DNA of 32,000 nt from a cyanobacterium endosymbiont of Rhopalodia gibberula (GCF_003574135.1 NZ_AP018341.1:1865740-1897739); one strand, 5' to 3'; positions 21,192 to 31,875 are shown, numbered from the stretch's first letter. Made by a program: numbers and translations. Notes: generated from the sequence alone by a model not told the origin.

Positions 21192-22211
21192 TCATTTCAT
21201 TTGTTGTTTTTTCTCAGCTTTTAGATTTCGAATACTGGCGGACTCCAATTCGGCATCCATCAAAGTTTGACCAGTGGCGGCTAAGTAGACATCATCAAGA
21301 CTAGGACGAGATTGAGCTAAGCTGAAAATAGGTAGTCCTGACTCTATTAAAGATTGTTCAATTTGACTTAAACAATTACTTCCTATGGTCACCACAAGGT
21401 TAAGAGAATTGCCTTGGCAGTGATTAATTATCACCTCTTCAACAAAGGGTAAATCTTGAAGTAAAGTTTTGGCTTGTCGGGCCTCTTCGGCTGGAGAAAA
21501 TTCCCGGATTTTTAGGGTAACGCGATCACCACCTACTCGATTTTTTAACTGAGAAGGAGTTCCCTCAGCAATAACTTGCCCTTGATTTATAATGGCTAAG
21601 CGGTCAGCTAAGGCATCAATTTCTTCAAGATAATGGCTAGTAATTAAGATAGTTGTGCCAGCTTGTTGTAATTTCCGTAAGAATTCCCAAACAATAAACC
21701 TACTTTCTATATCTAGCCCTACGGTAGGTTCATCTAGTACCAATACCTCTGGTCGATGGAGCAAACCAGCTGCTAAATCTAGGCGTTTACGGATACCCCC
21801 TGAATACGTTCCAGTTTGGCGATCAGCGTAGGTTTCTAGGTCCAGCAAGCTGATTAATTCAGCAATACGATTTTTGGCTTTCTTTTGGGGAAGATGATAA
21901 AGGGCGGCTTGCAATTCTAATAATTCTCGTCCTGTCAATACTTGATCTAAGGCTACTTCTTGGGCTACATATCCTAAACGGCGACGGGCCGCTTTGGGGC
22001 GCTCAAGAACGGAAATTCCCGCTACTTCAATTTTACCACCATCAGGCTTGGACAAAGTACATAAACAGCGAATGGTAGTGGTTTTTCCCGCTCCATTAGG
22101 ACCTAATAAGCCGAAAATCTCCCCCGGTTGTACTTTAAAGGAGATGTCTTTAATCGCTTCAAGAGTACCATAATTTTTTTTGAGGGACTCAATAACAATG
22201 GCAGGGATCAT
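21192..22211 (-). CDS. ABC transporter ATP-binding protein (DrrA-like)
   Basis: Walker A GPNGAGKTTT, signature YSGGIRKRLDLAAGL, Walker B EVLVLDEPTVGLD. Start reassigned to MIPAIVIESLKKNYGTLEAIKDISFKVQPGE. The upstream 59 aa of the ORF-track version look non-coding. Confidence 0.93.
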   Translation of the reverse strand: MIPAIVIESLKKNYGTLEAIKDISFKVQPGEIFGLLGPNGAGKTTTIRCLCTLSKPDGGKIEVAGISVLERPKAARRRLGYVAQEVALDQVLTGRELLELQAALYHLPQKKAKNRIAELISLLDLETYADRQTGTYSGGIRKRLDLAAGLLHRPEVLVLDEPTVGLDIESRFIVWEFLRKLQQAGTTILITSHYLEEIDALADRLAIINQGQVIAEGTPSQLKNRVGGDRVTLKIREFSPAEEARQAKTLLQDLPFVEEVIINHCQGNSLNLVVTIGSNCLSQIEQSLIESGLPIFSLAQSRPSLDDVYLAATGQTLMDAELESASIRNLKAEKKQQMK

Positions 22212-22247
22212 AACCGATTTATAATTGGGAAGTAACGATACGAACAA

Positions 22248-22354
22248 CCTCATTACTTTCGCATGAGGTCTCCTTGGCTCAGTTCGATTCCGAACTGATG
22301 TCATCCTCGGTGTGCCATTTTTGAGCAACAGCCACACCTTAGGGAATATCTCCC
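22248..22354 (-). promoter_or_regulatory. Candidate structured 5' leader of the ABC transporter operon
   Basis: Consecutive stems: CCTCAT/ATGAGG (22248-22268), CAGTTCG-ATTC-CGAACTG (22280-22297), GGTGTG/CACACC (22309-22338), GGGA/TCCC (22342-22354). Located 37 nt upstream of the proposed start codon. Confidence 0.35.
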
Positions 22355-23105
22355 GTAGGCGCAAATTCTGATAGTTATTGCCGTACAATAGATGACTTTA
22401 TTTAGTTGTTGTGAACCGATGTTTGATATCGATCCTTTTTTATTGTATTGGAAGTTTAGGAAATGTGGGGAGTACGAACAGAGATTGTAAATTATAGTCA
22501 GCAGATTATTTAATGGATGAACTGATTCCAAAGCAACCATAGGACGTCCAGTTATTTCTCTTCATTGAAATATTTAATTTTAAATTTATTTAAAATTAAA
22601 TCTAGAATTTAGAAAATAATGTTCTTAATCAACTGATTTTTTGAAAAATCAGTTGATTAAAATTAATTGTAGGCAAAAGTTAGCCTTGTCCTTTTGAGAA
22701 ATTACATTTGTCCTCAGTCTTTTGTATTCTCTGAATAAGAATACTGATAACAGTCAAAAATTGACTAAATTAATCGAGGTAGCCAGTTTAAATTATGATT
22801 CAAGTTCCTCAACGACTTCAAGTGTTGAATTAACATCTAAAACTTCTATACGCTGAAATAAATTCTTCTCTTATGCATCAAATACAATAAGTTTCAGAAA
22901 TCATGGCGCTCAATCTTAATAACCTGGATTCTTCGGTCATCTTAACTCTGTTGTAGACAGGTATCGTATTCATAATTGTTGGAGTTACACACGATAAGTC
23001 AATCAATTCAATCGATCCATATCGGACTTAATATATTAATTACCAGAACAAAAAAGATCTCTTTAAGCGATCATTGGTTATTTTCCATACAATATGAAAA
23101 CCTGC

Positions 23106-23154
23106 CCCCCATTAGGGGGTAGTCTTGGAATTAGATTAAAAATTCCTAAGACTA
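23106..23154. other. Tandem hairpins in intergenic DNA
   Basis: CCCCC-ATTA-GGGGG, immediately followed by TAGTCTTGGAATT-AGATTAAA-AATTCC(T)AAGACTA, a stem of about 13 bp with one bulge. Confidence 0.5.
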
Positions 23155-23815
23155 AATCGATTCAGTCTAGTCCAAATTTTCCTTTATATACCCTAACGAT
23201 CCCTCAATATCTTTCCATTCAGTAAGACTAAGAAAGAGAACACACAAGCACAAACTAAACAAAGGACCGACGATAGTCACCTAAATAAGAATAGAGTAAT
23301 GGAATTAGACTTAATACCTTGAGGGCAATCAACTAAGCTATGCCCTAATTAATGAAGTAAGGCCGAACTAAATAGTAACAAAACAATTGATTAGCTAAGT
23401 TAACCATCCTAATCCAGGGATACTACTCGCCAACTCTTAGCTTATAAGACCTTGAGCATGAACAAGAGCGATCAAAATCACAATTAAAAGCCAAAACTAA
23501 GAGGAATCAAGATATATAAAGATTCCTAAACAAAGAGCCGATTTACCATTTTTTTGTACAGATCTCAGGAGAGGTGAAGTTAGCTAGGGTCAGTAGATAA
23601 TTAAGGGAAGTCTTATTAGCTGCGAGCTCGCCGATAGATCATCTACAACAAGAATTTTCAGAGGGGTGTGAACTAATAGTTAAGTGCAAACTATAAGCTA
23701 CAGCACCTTAAATATAAACTACAGAACCTCTATGGTGGAAAGAAAATAATAAAACATTCATGGTCTTTACCCTGCTTACCCTCAAACCTTATCAAGAATA
23801 ACTTGTCAGCTTCTG

Positions 23816-24538
23816 TTAACCTTTTAGTTCAGCCCCGGCTGCTTGATCAAGTAACCACCAGAGTTCGTCTTGGGGCTTAATAAAACGGGAGGGATAAGTT
23901 TTTCCATCGGCTTCAGGAGCCATAATTTGAGCTAAAGCCGGACGTTTATTCTCGCCAGCCACAATAAAAATCACACAATGAGCTTGATTAATCAAAGGGA
24001 TAGTAAACGTTAGACGAGGTTGTCCATCTTTGTTACCTACAGTGATTAAGCAATTACGAACATCGAGGGCTGCTGTTTGAGGGAACAAGGAAGCTGTATG
24101 ACCATCATCCCCCATACCAAGTAATACGACATCCAAAGAGGGAAACTCTTCTGGAAAAACCTGAAAAAACTCTCTTAATTCAGCCTCGTAGATTTGGGCA
24201 TCAACAGCAGGATCACCTGACTCTGTGGGCATAGGATGGATATTTTCTGCTGGAATAGGGACTAGATTGAGCCAAGCTTGACGTGCCATTCGTTGATTAC
24301 TGTCTGAATGATCACGACTCACGTAACGTTCGTCTCCCCAGAAAATATGTATTTTTTCCCAGGGTAAAGATTGCTTAGCTAAGGCTTCATACAATGGTTT
24401 AGGAGTGCTGCCCCCAGATAGAGCGAGGCTACATTTTCCTTTGTTTTGAATAGCATTAGTTATTTTTTCCACCGTCAGAGACAGAGATCGCTCAATTAGA
24501 GCAGTTTTATTGGGTAAGACTTCAATCAATTTTTTCAT
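23816..24538 (-). CDS. pgl: 6-phosphogluconolactonase
   Basis: 240 aa: LALSGGSTPKPLYEALA, IFWGDERYV...DSNQRMA, VVLLGMGDDGHTASLFP. Confidence 0.95.
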   Translation of the reverse strand: MKKLIEVLPNKTALIERSLSLTVEKITNAIQNKGKCSLALSGGSTPKPLYEALAKQSLPWEKIHIFWGDERYVSRDHSDSNQRMARQAWLNLVPIPAENIHPMPTESGDPAVDAQIYEAELREFFQVFPEEFPSLDVVLLGMGDDGHTASLFPQTAALDVRNCLITVGNKDGQPRLTFTIPLINQAHCVIFIVAGENKRPALAQIMAPEADGKTYPSRFIKPQDELWWLLDQAAGAELKG

Positions 24539-24597
24539 TGCTTTTAAATCGTGTTCAACTGTAACCTATGTAGACTCTTTATGAGCAAGGCTTTTAG

Positions 24598-24927
24598 ATA
24601 GAAGGTAAAAGGAGACACCGGATCTATATTTTCGATGGGATTTCACCAACACGCAGTGTCAACCTAAAACAACTGAGAGGAACAAATTTCTTCAAATTCT
24701 AAACCCGTTCTCAGTTATTAGCTGTTTTAGCACAAACTAATCGGACCACTAAATACTATCATATTGACAGTGATTGTTATCCTGACAAATTTGTACCTAA
24801 TGTTTTAACAGGATGGTTAGGAGAAAGATTTACTTGTCAATTCCCCAACAACATCCATTTTTTGGGGAGAGGGTTTGCCGAAAAGGGTATGACCCGTAGC
24901 TATTTTCGGTGTTTAAATTGCCTCTGA
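24598..24927 (+). pseudogene. Anonymous coding relic with one in-frame stop
   Basis: Single frame: EGKRRHRIYIFDGISPTRSVNLKQLRGTNFFKF*TRSQLLAVLAQTNRTTKYYHIDSDCYPDKFVPNVLTGWLGERFTCQFPNNIHFLGRGFAEKGMTRSYFRCLNCL*. TAA at 24700-24702. Confidence 0.45.
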
Positions 24928-25013
24928 AATGGTGGTGAACTCTATTATTGTCAGGTATGGTTTAACCTCTTTCATCAATCCCCACTGAATAAATCAACAG
25001 CCAAGCAGATAAA

Positions 25014-25811
25014 ATGACGATGAATAACCGTGCCTTTACCTCTCTTTCGCTTAAACTCATTGGAGTGGTTTTGCTCCTGTCTTCCTTGTTGGACTATATT
25101 ACTCTAGCTATTCCTTTAAACTTGCAAAGTTCTCAATGGCAAATTGGATTGCTTACAAGTATTGTTGATCGTGGAATCGTTCCCTTGGTGGGGATAGGGT
25201 TGATTTTGGTCGGATATTTTATCGAAAACTTGAACGATGCTAATCCTCATAAACCCTCTGAATTCGATCTACGAGTCCCTATTTATGTCCTGGCTACCAT
25301 TATGGGGCTTATGTTTTTGTTAATTGTTCCGCTTCATCTCAATAATCTTAATGAAGCTAAAGTCAATGCCCTTAATCAAATTGAACAAGGAGCTGGACAG
25401 GGATCTGAGCAAATTCAAGCATTTTTAAGTCAAATCGATCAATTATCTAAAAATCCCCAACGTCTTAGCCAACAGATTCAACAGTTAAATCAAGTAGTTG
25501 AGTCAGGACAAGTTCAAGGACAATCTCTCAATGCTCAACAGCTAGAACAATTACAACAACAACGTACCCAACTCAAACAATTACAGGATTTATCTAAAAA
25601 TCCAACAGAATACAAAAATCGCATTGATGAGTTGACTGAACAATTAGAAGCGCAGTTAGTTGATCAACGCAGACAAGCCGAAAATAAAGCCAAAACTCAA
25701 GCTTTTAAGCAAAGTTTACGTATTGGGTTAAGTAGTTTGATGCTAGCTATCGTTTATAGTGCTGTTGGCTGGATTGGATTAAAAGTTGTGATGGGGAGCA
25801 AAACTTCTTAA
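25014..25811 (+). CDS. HpsJ-like membrane protein
   Basis: 265 aa: four TM segments with a long Gln-rich coiled-coil insertion between TM pairs, and LLDYITLAIPLNLQSSQWQIGLLTSIVDRGIVPLVGIGLI, typical of the cyanobacterial HpsJ family. Confidence 0.8.
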   Translation: MTMNNRAFTSLSLKLIGVVLLLSSLLDYITLAIPLNLQSSQWQIGLLTSIVDRGIVPLVGIGLILVGYFIENLNDANPHKPSEFDLRVPIYVLATIMGLMFLLIVPLHLNNLNEAKVNALNQIEQGAGQGSEQIQAFLSQIDQLSKNPQRLSQQIQQLNQVVESGQVQGQSLNAQQLEQLQQQRTQLKQLQDLSKNPTEYKNRIDELTEQLEAQLVDQRRQAENKAKTQAFKQSLRIGLSSLMLAIVYSAVGWIGLKVVMGSKTS

Positions 25812-26011
25812 ATTTCAAGAAGACAAACCATCATAGCTAAATTGCCGATGTTCCTTTTGTCTTTCTGACTCAAATACTTTTTCAGCAATGCCTAAAAAGC
25901 CTACGATGACTAGACTCAGTGCGATTGGTTAGATTGATATCCCCTAAATTCTGAACAAACTATGATACGATAAATGGGATTAATTACCTTCTTATTGAAG
26001 AGTTTGCGGAC

Positions 26012-26752
26012 GTGCTTCAAGGCTTCAAGCAAGATCTAAAAAATGATCTAATTGCCGGTTTGTTAGTGGTGATTCCTCTAGCAACAACCATTTGGCTAAC
26101 TATCACTGTTGCTAGCTGGGTAGTTAATTTGCTGACGCAAATTCCTAAACAGCTTAATCCTTTTGACGGGCTTGATCCGATTCTGAGCTACTGTCTTAAT
26201 TTGCTCGTGGGATTAGCCGTTCCTCTGCTCTGTATTTTGATTATTGGCTTAATGGCCCGCAATATTGCAGGCCGTTGGTTGTTGGATTTAGGAGAACGAA
26301 TTTTACAATCAATTCCCTTGGCTGGAGCTGTTTATAAAACCCTTCAACAAATTCTAGAAACCCTATTTAAGGATTCTAAAAGTAAGTTTCGCCGCGTCGT
26401 CATGATCGAGTACCCCCGTCAAGGGGTATGGAGTCTTGGTTTTGTCACTGGAGCGTTGAGTGCTCAATTGCAATCTCATCTGAATGAGCCGATGCTTAGT
26501 GTTTTTATTCCGACAACTCCTAACCCTACCTCTGGGTGGTATGCTATTGTTTCTGAAAATGATGTGATTAACTTATCGATTTCCATCGAAGATGCCTTCA
26601 AAGTGCTGATTTCTGGCGGTATAGTCAGCCCTCATGCCACAGCATCGATTTCAGTTACTGTATCTCAATCTCATGATCAAAAGTTAGTTTCATTAGAAAA
26701 CCCCATCATTCCAGAATCTGCTCATACTATTTCGACGGAAGACGAAACCTAA
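26012..26752 (+). CDS. DUF502 domain-containing membrane protein
   Basis: 246 aa: LKNDLIAGLLVVIPLATTIWLTI, GAVYKTLQQILETLF, VFIPTTPNPTSGWYAIVSENDVINLSISIEDAFKVLISGGIVSP. Confidence 0.92.
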   Translation: MLQGFKQDLKNDLIAGLLVVIPLATTIWLTITVASWVVNLLTQIPKQLNPFDGLDPILSYCLNLLVGLAVPLLCILIIGLMARNIAGRWLLDLGERILQSIPLAGAVYKTLQQILETLFKDSKSKFRRVVMIEYPRQGVWSLGFVTGALSAQLQSHLNEPMLSVFIPTTPNPTSGWYAIVSENDVINLSISIEDAFKVLISGGIVSPHATASISVTVSQSHDQKLVSLENPIIPESAHTISTEDET

Positions 26753-26913
26753 TAAATGTGCATCATAAACTATACGGTTAATGGTTCATAGTTTGTCATA
26801 GCCTTATGAATTCCTGAGTACGAGTCTATTGCCTATTAACACGAGTGCAATTGTACAGTCTACTTTGGAATTTTTCTTGTTTTCTCACTTTTGATTCCTG
26901 ATACCATCATACT

Positions 26914-27561
26914 ATGCATTTTAATCAGAAACCTCGCCGAATATCCCGTGAATTGGCCTTGTTGAGTCTAAGTCAAATTAAGGGAGGTTCCGAAAAAATT
27001 GAACAAAAAGAGTTGAGCAATTTAGTCTTAGCAGCAATTCGTACTTTAACCACTGAAGGACAAGATATTTTGGAAACTGCTGCAGCAGAGATAACACGTA
27101 GTTATGAACGGTTGCTAAAAAGTGAGACTCGAGCGGCTGATGTTCAAAGTGCAAAAGCTATGGTGTCCGAAGCTATTGAACTAGCCCAAGGAGCTATTAA
27201 CCGCTTAGTCCATGCAATTGAACTACCAGAAATAATTCAGCTTTCGAGTCAACACGAGGTGCGAGAGTATACATTGGAGTTGATCGAAACTGTTTATCAT
27301 CGTCGACTCGAGATCGACCAGCAGCTTGAGTCCGTTCTCGTAGACTGGCAATTAAGCCGTTTGCCCAAAATTGATCGAGATATTTTAAGAATATCAGCGG
27401 CAGAGATTCTTTTTCTCAATGTCCCTCGCAAAGTCTCCATTAATGAAGCAGTAGAAATGGCTAAGCGCTATTCTGACGATGAGGGTTATCGTTTTATTAA
27501 TGGAGTTTTACGGCGATTGACCGAACACTTGAGAAAATCTGAGAAAATTAATGACCCCTAA
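26914..27561 (+). CDS. nusB: Transcription antitermination protein NusB
   Basis: 215 aa: [15 protein letters not shown]-terminus; [50 protein letters not shown]-terminus. Confidence 0.95.
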   Translation: MHFNQKPRRISRELALLSLSQIKGGSEKIEQKELSNLVLAAIRTLTTEGQDILETAAAEITRSYERLLKSETRAADVQSAKAMVSEAIELAQGAINRLVHAIELPEIIQLSSQHEVREYTLELIETVYHRRLEIDQQLESVLVDWQLSRLPKIDRDILRISAAEILFLNVPRKVSINEAVEMAKRYSDDEGYRFINGVLRRLTEHLRKSEKINDP

Positions 27562-27641
27562 AGATCCCATCCAAAAAACTAGAAGACTTTGGAGTAGGGA
27601 ATTAAAGCGATTTAGGAAGACTGACGATTGAAATGAGACAT

Positions 27642-27911
27642 CTATTTCAATTGTTGGGTATTTTCTTTCTCATTAAAAATCGTTAAATTACTTGGCCTAC
27701 ACCGTTTAACAATTACTTGAATTTCTTGAGCTCCCTCAGATTGTAAGTCTTCGAGATAACCTCCGTAGCTGGCTTGCGCCGATTCTTTCCGGACAAATGG
27801 ACCAAAATAGTAAGTACATTGGGGAGTTTTTGTAATAATTTCTATCCAGTAAGCTAGTCCGAGAAAATTCAACATTTTAAGCATAAGTTGTTTTATCCTC
27901 ATTCTCTTCAT
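27642..27911 (-). CDS. DUF1816 domain-containing protein
   Basis: 89 aa: AYWIEIITKTPQCTYYFGPFVRKESAQASYGGYLEDLQSEGAQEIQVIVKRCRP. Confidence 0.88.
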   Translation of the reverse strand: MKRMRIKQLMLKMLNFLGLAYWIEIITKTPQCTYYFGPFVRKESAQASYGGYLEDLQSEGAQEIQVIVKRCRPSNLTIFNEKENTQQLK

Positions 27912-28000
27912 AACAATTTTGATCGTTTTTGAAGTGCTATTGTAACGTTCTCTTCGTAAGAAAATTTCTAGCGTTTCATTAACCCCTTATGGTGTGTTAG

Positions 28001-28924
28001 TTATGAGTCAACATTTAGTTCTTTAACTTTAGAGTCTAGTTCAGACCCGAGATAAAGCTTACCTGACCAACGTTGACGATAGACTTCGTAAAGGGTAATA
28101 GCCGCCGCTACAGAAGCGTTTAAGCTTGGGGTTTTTCCTTCTAAAGGAATGGAGATAAGTTGATCACAAAAGCGTTGAGTTAATAAACTCAATCCATTCT
28201 CCTCCGAGCCTATCACCAATCCTATCGCGCCTCGAAGTTCTATACTGTGTAATAATTTACCTCCCTCAGTTGTAGTGCCATAAATCCAAAAACCAGCCAT
28301 TTTTAATGTTTCTAAAGCTCGACTGAGATTTACAACCCTAGCCACAGGAAAGAATTCCAATGCCCCTGCGGCCACTTTAGCTACAGTAGAAGTCACTCCA
28401 GCTGCCCGTCGTTGAGGGATTACTAATCCTTGCGATCCTAATGCTTCAGCCGTGCGGATGATTGCCCCTAAGTTGTGGGGATCAGCAATGCCATCGGCAA
28501 TGATGATTACTGGATCATCTATACTAGCTTTAGCTTGAGAAATTAACTCGTCTAGATCTTGATAACTATGGGAAGCAATTTGGGCTGCTACTCCCTGATG
28601 ATTTCCCCCATGAGTTATTTGGTTTAGACGTTGAATGTTAACTTCATCAATTACTGTTCCTTTAGTTTTCGCTATTTGGAGTAAGGAATGAAAGCGAGTA
28701 TCATAATGGAGTTTGTTCGTAATCCAAATTCGATTTAACTGGCGACCACTTTCTAAGGACGTAAGAACAGAATGGCGACCATAAACTAGATCGTTAGCGT
28801 CATCATCTTTCTGTGGAGCCTTGGGATGAATATTTGTTTTCAATAAAGATTTTTGTTTTTTTATTGTTGGTTTTTTAGATTTATAAGAATTACTATGAGA
28901 AACTGGATGAGGTTTTTCTGTCAT
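28001..28924 (-). CDS. rlmB: 23S rRNA (guanosine-2'-O)-methyltransferase RlmB (SpoU/TrmH family)
   Basis: 307 aa: [15 protein letters not shown]-type start, [69 protein letters not shown]. Confidence 0.95.
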   Translation of the reverse strand: MTEKPHPVSHSNSYKSKKPTIKKQKSLLKTNIHPKAPQKDDDANDLVYGRHSVLTSLESGRQLNRIWITNKLHYDTRFHSLLQIAKTKGTVIDEVNIQRLNQITHGGNHQGVAAQIASHSYQDLDELISQAKASIDDPVIIIADGIADPHNLGAIIRTAEALGSQGLVIPQRRAAGVTSTVAKVAAGALEFFPVARVVNLSRALETLKMAGFWIYGTTTEGGKLLHSIELRGAIGLVIGSEENGLSLLTQRFCDQLISIPLEGKTPSLNASVAAAITLYEVYRQRWSGKLYLGSELDSKVKELNVDS

Positions 28925-29245
28925 AATCGATGTGTAGAGAAGAATAAAGATATGTATATATTTTTGGAAGCAAAGATTCTGGCGATCAATTTACCCATAA
29001 AACAATAGATAGTGAGTTAACTACCATAGAATTCCTCAGAAATAGCTAATGAAACTTACTAGAGGTGTACAAAATCTGAACTTTTGATTGTGGTCAGTTA
29101 TATCATTTTTAGAGCTAGGACTACTTTGAACTAATTATAATAAATAGGCGAAGAATTGAGATAGAGCTAGTTTATTCTCTGCTAGCAGCGGTAGTCTTAT
29201 TGAGATGAAGGTCATCTTGTATCTTCTAGATCACCCTATGAGAGG

Positions 29246-30520
29246 TCAGGTATGAACCACTTTATTTTCAGGATTTACTAACCTTAAAAGTTTTTGCTTA
29301 ATTTGGGAGTCAAAGACTTCCCATTTAAGTTTAGTGTAGTTAGTGTTATCGTTGCCCCCCCCAAGAAAACCAATAGGAATTTCAAAACCACCAGCCATTT
29401 CTCTTCCTCCTCCATAGTATCGACCTTGACCATCTTTTCCCAGAGTTTCCTGTAGAAATTCATCAGGATCGAGGGTAAGCTTATTGGTTCTCAGGGAACC
29501 GACAACTACTTCAATATCATTATCTTGATCGTGAATAATGCCATACACTACGGCGGTATGAATATTCTCTTCTGTGACTAAAAAATCAGCAGCCTGGGGG
29601 ATTGCATCTCGATCTTCGTAACGTAGATAACCTACTCCAGCAATAGAAACATTGTTTTGAGTCCAACGGTTTTTCAGTGATCGCTCGATCACATCCATCA
29701 CTCTCCGTGAGCGCGCTGATTGTAGCACGGCATTAAGTAACTGAGAGTCATAAATCCGAGATAAATAAGCTGCTGCTAATAAGTCTTGTTCTTGAGCTTG
29801 GAGTAAATTATTAGTATCCGAACGAATGCCATGCATCAAAGCAGTTGCACACTTCACATGAACGTTATCACTGCTATCAAGGTCTAATAGTCCTGCCTGC
29901 AGGTATTGAGTAATAATCGTTGCGGTAGCGCGAATTTGAGGTCGCAAGTCAAGAAACTCTGCTCTAATATCTCCTTGTTTGCCATGATGATCAATAACAA
30001 CAGCAATGGGAATGTTAGCTTGTTTCAACAACGGCATCAGTTGACTGGTATTCCCTTGACTATCGACTAACACGCAACTTTGATAAACAGAAAGATCTCG
30101 TTCTTTAAGGGTATTAACACTCCATCGTTTAGCAGGTAGCCCAGTTAACTTGACTAAGGCAATATTTTCCTGGTGGGATAAGGTTCCGGCATAGACGATA
30201 TCACAGTTAATGTCATAGGGTTGGGCAATAAGTTGATAAGCCCAGGCACTTGAGAGGGCATCAGGATCAGGAAAATCCTGAATAACAACAATCTGACATT
30301 CTCCTTGATGGTGTTCTAAAGTCTGTTGTAACTTATGAGCAAGTTTTCCCGGGAGTACATCATGATTTTTCTTTCCATGACTGGAGAGAATAGTTGTCGA
30401 ACTGTTCTCATCAGAATCCGTGTTCGTTCGGTCAGTTTCCCCCGGAGTTGACTGCGATCTTAACTTTGTCTGCGAGGTTGTATGGTTACTAGGAGTAAGT
30501 AAGGTTGATTTCATCTGCAA
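29246..30520 (-). CDS. DHH family phosphoesterase
   Basis: 424 aa: FPDPDALSSAWAYQ, VDSQGNTSQ, VVIDHHGKQG, C-terminal DHHA1-like GREMAGGFEIPIG. Ser/Thr-rich N-terminal extension of about 80 aa. Confidence 0.9.
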   Translation of the reverse strand: MQMKSTLLTPSNHTTSQTKLRSQSTPGETDRTNTDSDENSSTTILSSHGKKNHDVLPGKLAHKLQQTLEHHQGECQIVVIQDFPDPDALSSAWAYQLIAQPYDINCDIVYAGTLSHQENIALVKLTGLPAKRWSVNTLKERDLSVYQSCVLVDSQGNTSQLMPLLKQANIPIAVVIDHHGKQGDIRAEFLDLRPQIRATATIITQYLQAGLLDLDSSDNVHVKCATALMHGIRSDTNNLLQAQEQDLLAAAYLSRIYDSQLLNAVLQSARSRRVMDVIERSLKNRWTQNNVSIAGVGYLRYEDRDAIPQAADFLVTEENIHTAVVYGIIHDQDNDIEVVVGSLRTNKLTLDPDEFLQETLGKDGQGRYYGGGREMAGGFEIPIGFLGGGNDNTNYTKLKWEVFDSQIKQKLLRLVNPENKVVHT

Positions 30521-31237
30521 GTAGTTTAGTTAGAAGAGATGGCTAATAATGGAAATTAATTTAAGAGGTTCAGAGATTTTTAACTAACTGCGGTCAGAGT
30601 CTAGCATTTCACTAGAAAGATTTGGCAAGAAGACAACTCTATGAAGAGTAAAAGGCAATTAGGATGGGTAACCGTATATTCAACTACTTTATCGACATAC
30701 AGAAGGATACCTAAGGTTACTTTAGGGTCCTCTTATGATTGATCGGCAAGACAAAGTATTTCTAAATCTTTTGACAAAAAATCTAGAAATAAAGACTCAA
30801 TTTAGATTAGACACATTTTCTAAATTACTCTATTATTTTAACGTAATTTTTACAGTAGGTTTTTTTTTGTCATAAAACAGTAAGATTTAACCACAGATCC
30901 TTAAATGAATATCATTATAATCAATAATTTTATCTTAAATACTTCTAAATAAACCCATGTTTTATTATCGATAATTTTGTTTACTCTTAAATTATTCTCC
31001 AAAAAACCAAATGATAATAATCAAGCATAGAATATTTAGTAAACTCAAGGATAATGACTTAAAGTTATGGAACAAGATAATAGGGATGATCGTTAAAACA
31101 TGAAAAAAAATCCAGTTAAATATTAGGAATATTAAAACTAAAATTAGTAATTTCATCGGTTGAAATAATTTAGATTTTAAGTTCTTGCTTAACTAACGTT
31201 AATTAACTTTTTTTATAGAAAAATAAAAGATAATCTT

Positions 31238-31744
31238 ATGATTTATATAATAATGGGTGTATCTGGTTCGGGAAAAACAACTATAGGAAAACAACTTAGC
31301 TATCATTTGGAATATCATTTTTATGATGCAGATGATTTTCATACACCAGAAAATATCCAAAAAATGAGTAAGGGAATTTCTCTTAATGACAAAGATCGCC
31401 AGCCCTGGTTACTATCTCTCAGTTACTTAATTAATAACCTACAAGAACACAAAAAAAATGCTATTATTGCCTGCTCATCTCTCAAGAAATCCTACAGACA
31501 ATTATTACAAGGTAATCATCAAGATCTAGTTTGGATTTATCTTAAAGGAAGTTTTGAACAAATTATGGAAAGACTTGACAAACGAAAAGAACATTTTATG
31601 AAAAGTCAGATGCTCAAGTCTCAATTTAAAGATCTAGAAGAACCAGAAAACGCGATTATTCTCGATATTAGTTCAACTACAGAAAAAATAATAAAACAGA
31701 TCTTATCTAAGATAATTTTCTCTGAAAAATTTAGTAAAAATTGA
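31238..31744 (+). CDS. gntK: Gluconokinase, GntK/IdnK family
   Basis: 168 aa: P-loop MGVSGSGKTTIGKQL, FYDADDFHTPENIQKMSKGISLNDKDRQPWL, CSSLKKSYRQLL. Confidence 0.92.
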   Translation: MIYIIMGVSGSGKTTIGKQLSYHLEYHFYDADDFHTPENIQKMSKGISLNDKDRQPWLLSLSYLINNLQEHKKNAIIACSSLKKSYRQLLQGNHQDLVWIYLKGSFEQIMERLDKRKEHFMKSQMLKSQFKDLEEPENAIILDISSTTEKIIKQILSKIIFSEKFSKN

Positions 31745-31834
31745 AAATTATTAGTCAAAAAAAAATTCTAATTGAGAAGTAAAATCATGATATTTAGGGT
31801 AAAGTATGAAATATAATCATTAATATAATTTCTG

Positions 31835-31875
31835 ATTAATTGTAGCAATTATTGATATTGCTACAATTAATTTTT
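31835..31875 (+). terminator. Intrinsic terminator downstream of gntK
   Basis: Perfect 15 bp inverted repeat ATTAATTGTAGCAAT-tattgat-ATTGCTACAATTAAT, followed by TTTT. Confidence 0.75.

Noticed and set aside
22212-22388. 59 aa N-terminal extension of the ABC ATPase in the ORF track
   Set aside because: Family members begin at MIPAIVIESLKKNYG-like sequence. The extension is basic, non-domain sequence overlapping stems.
22301-22540. 79 aa minus-strand ORF upstream of the ABC ATPase
   Set aside because: Lies over the candidate structured leader and has no recognisable protein features.
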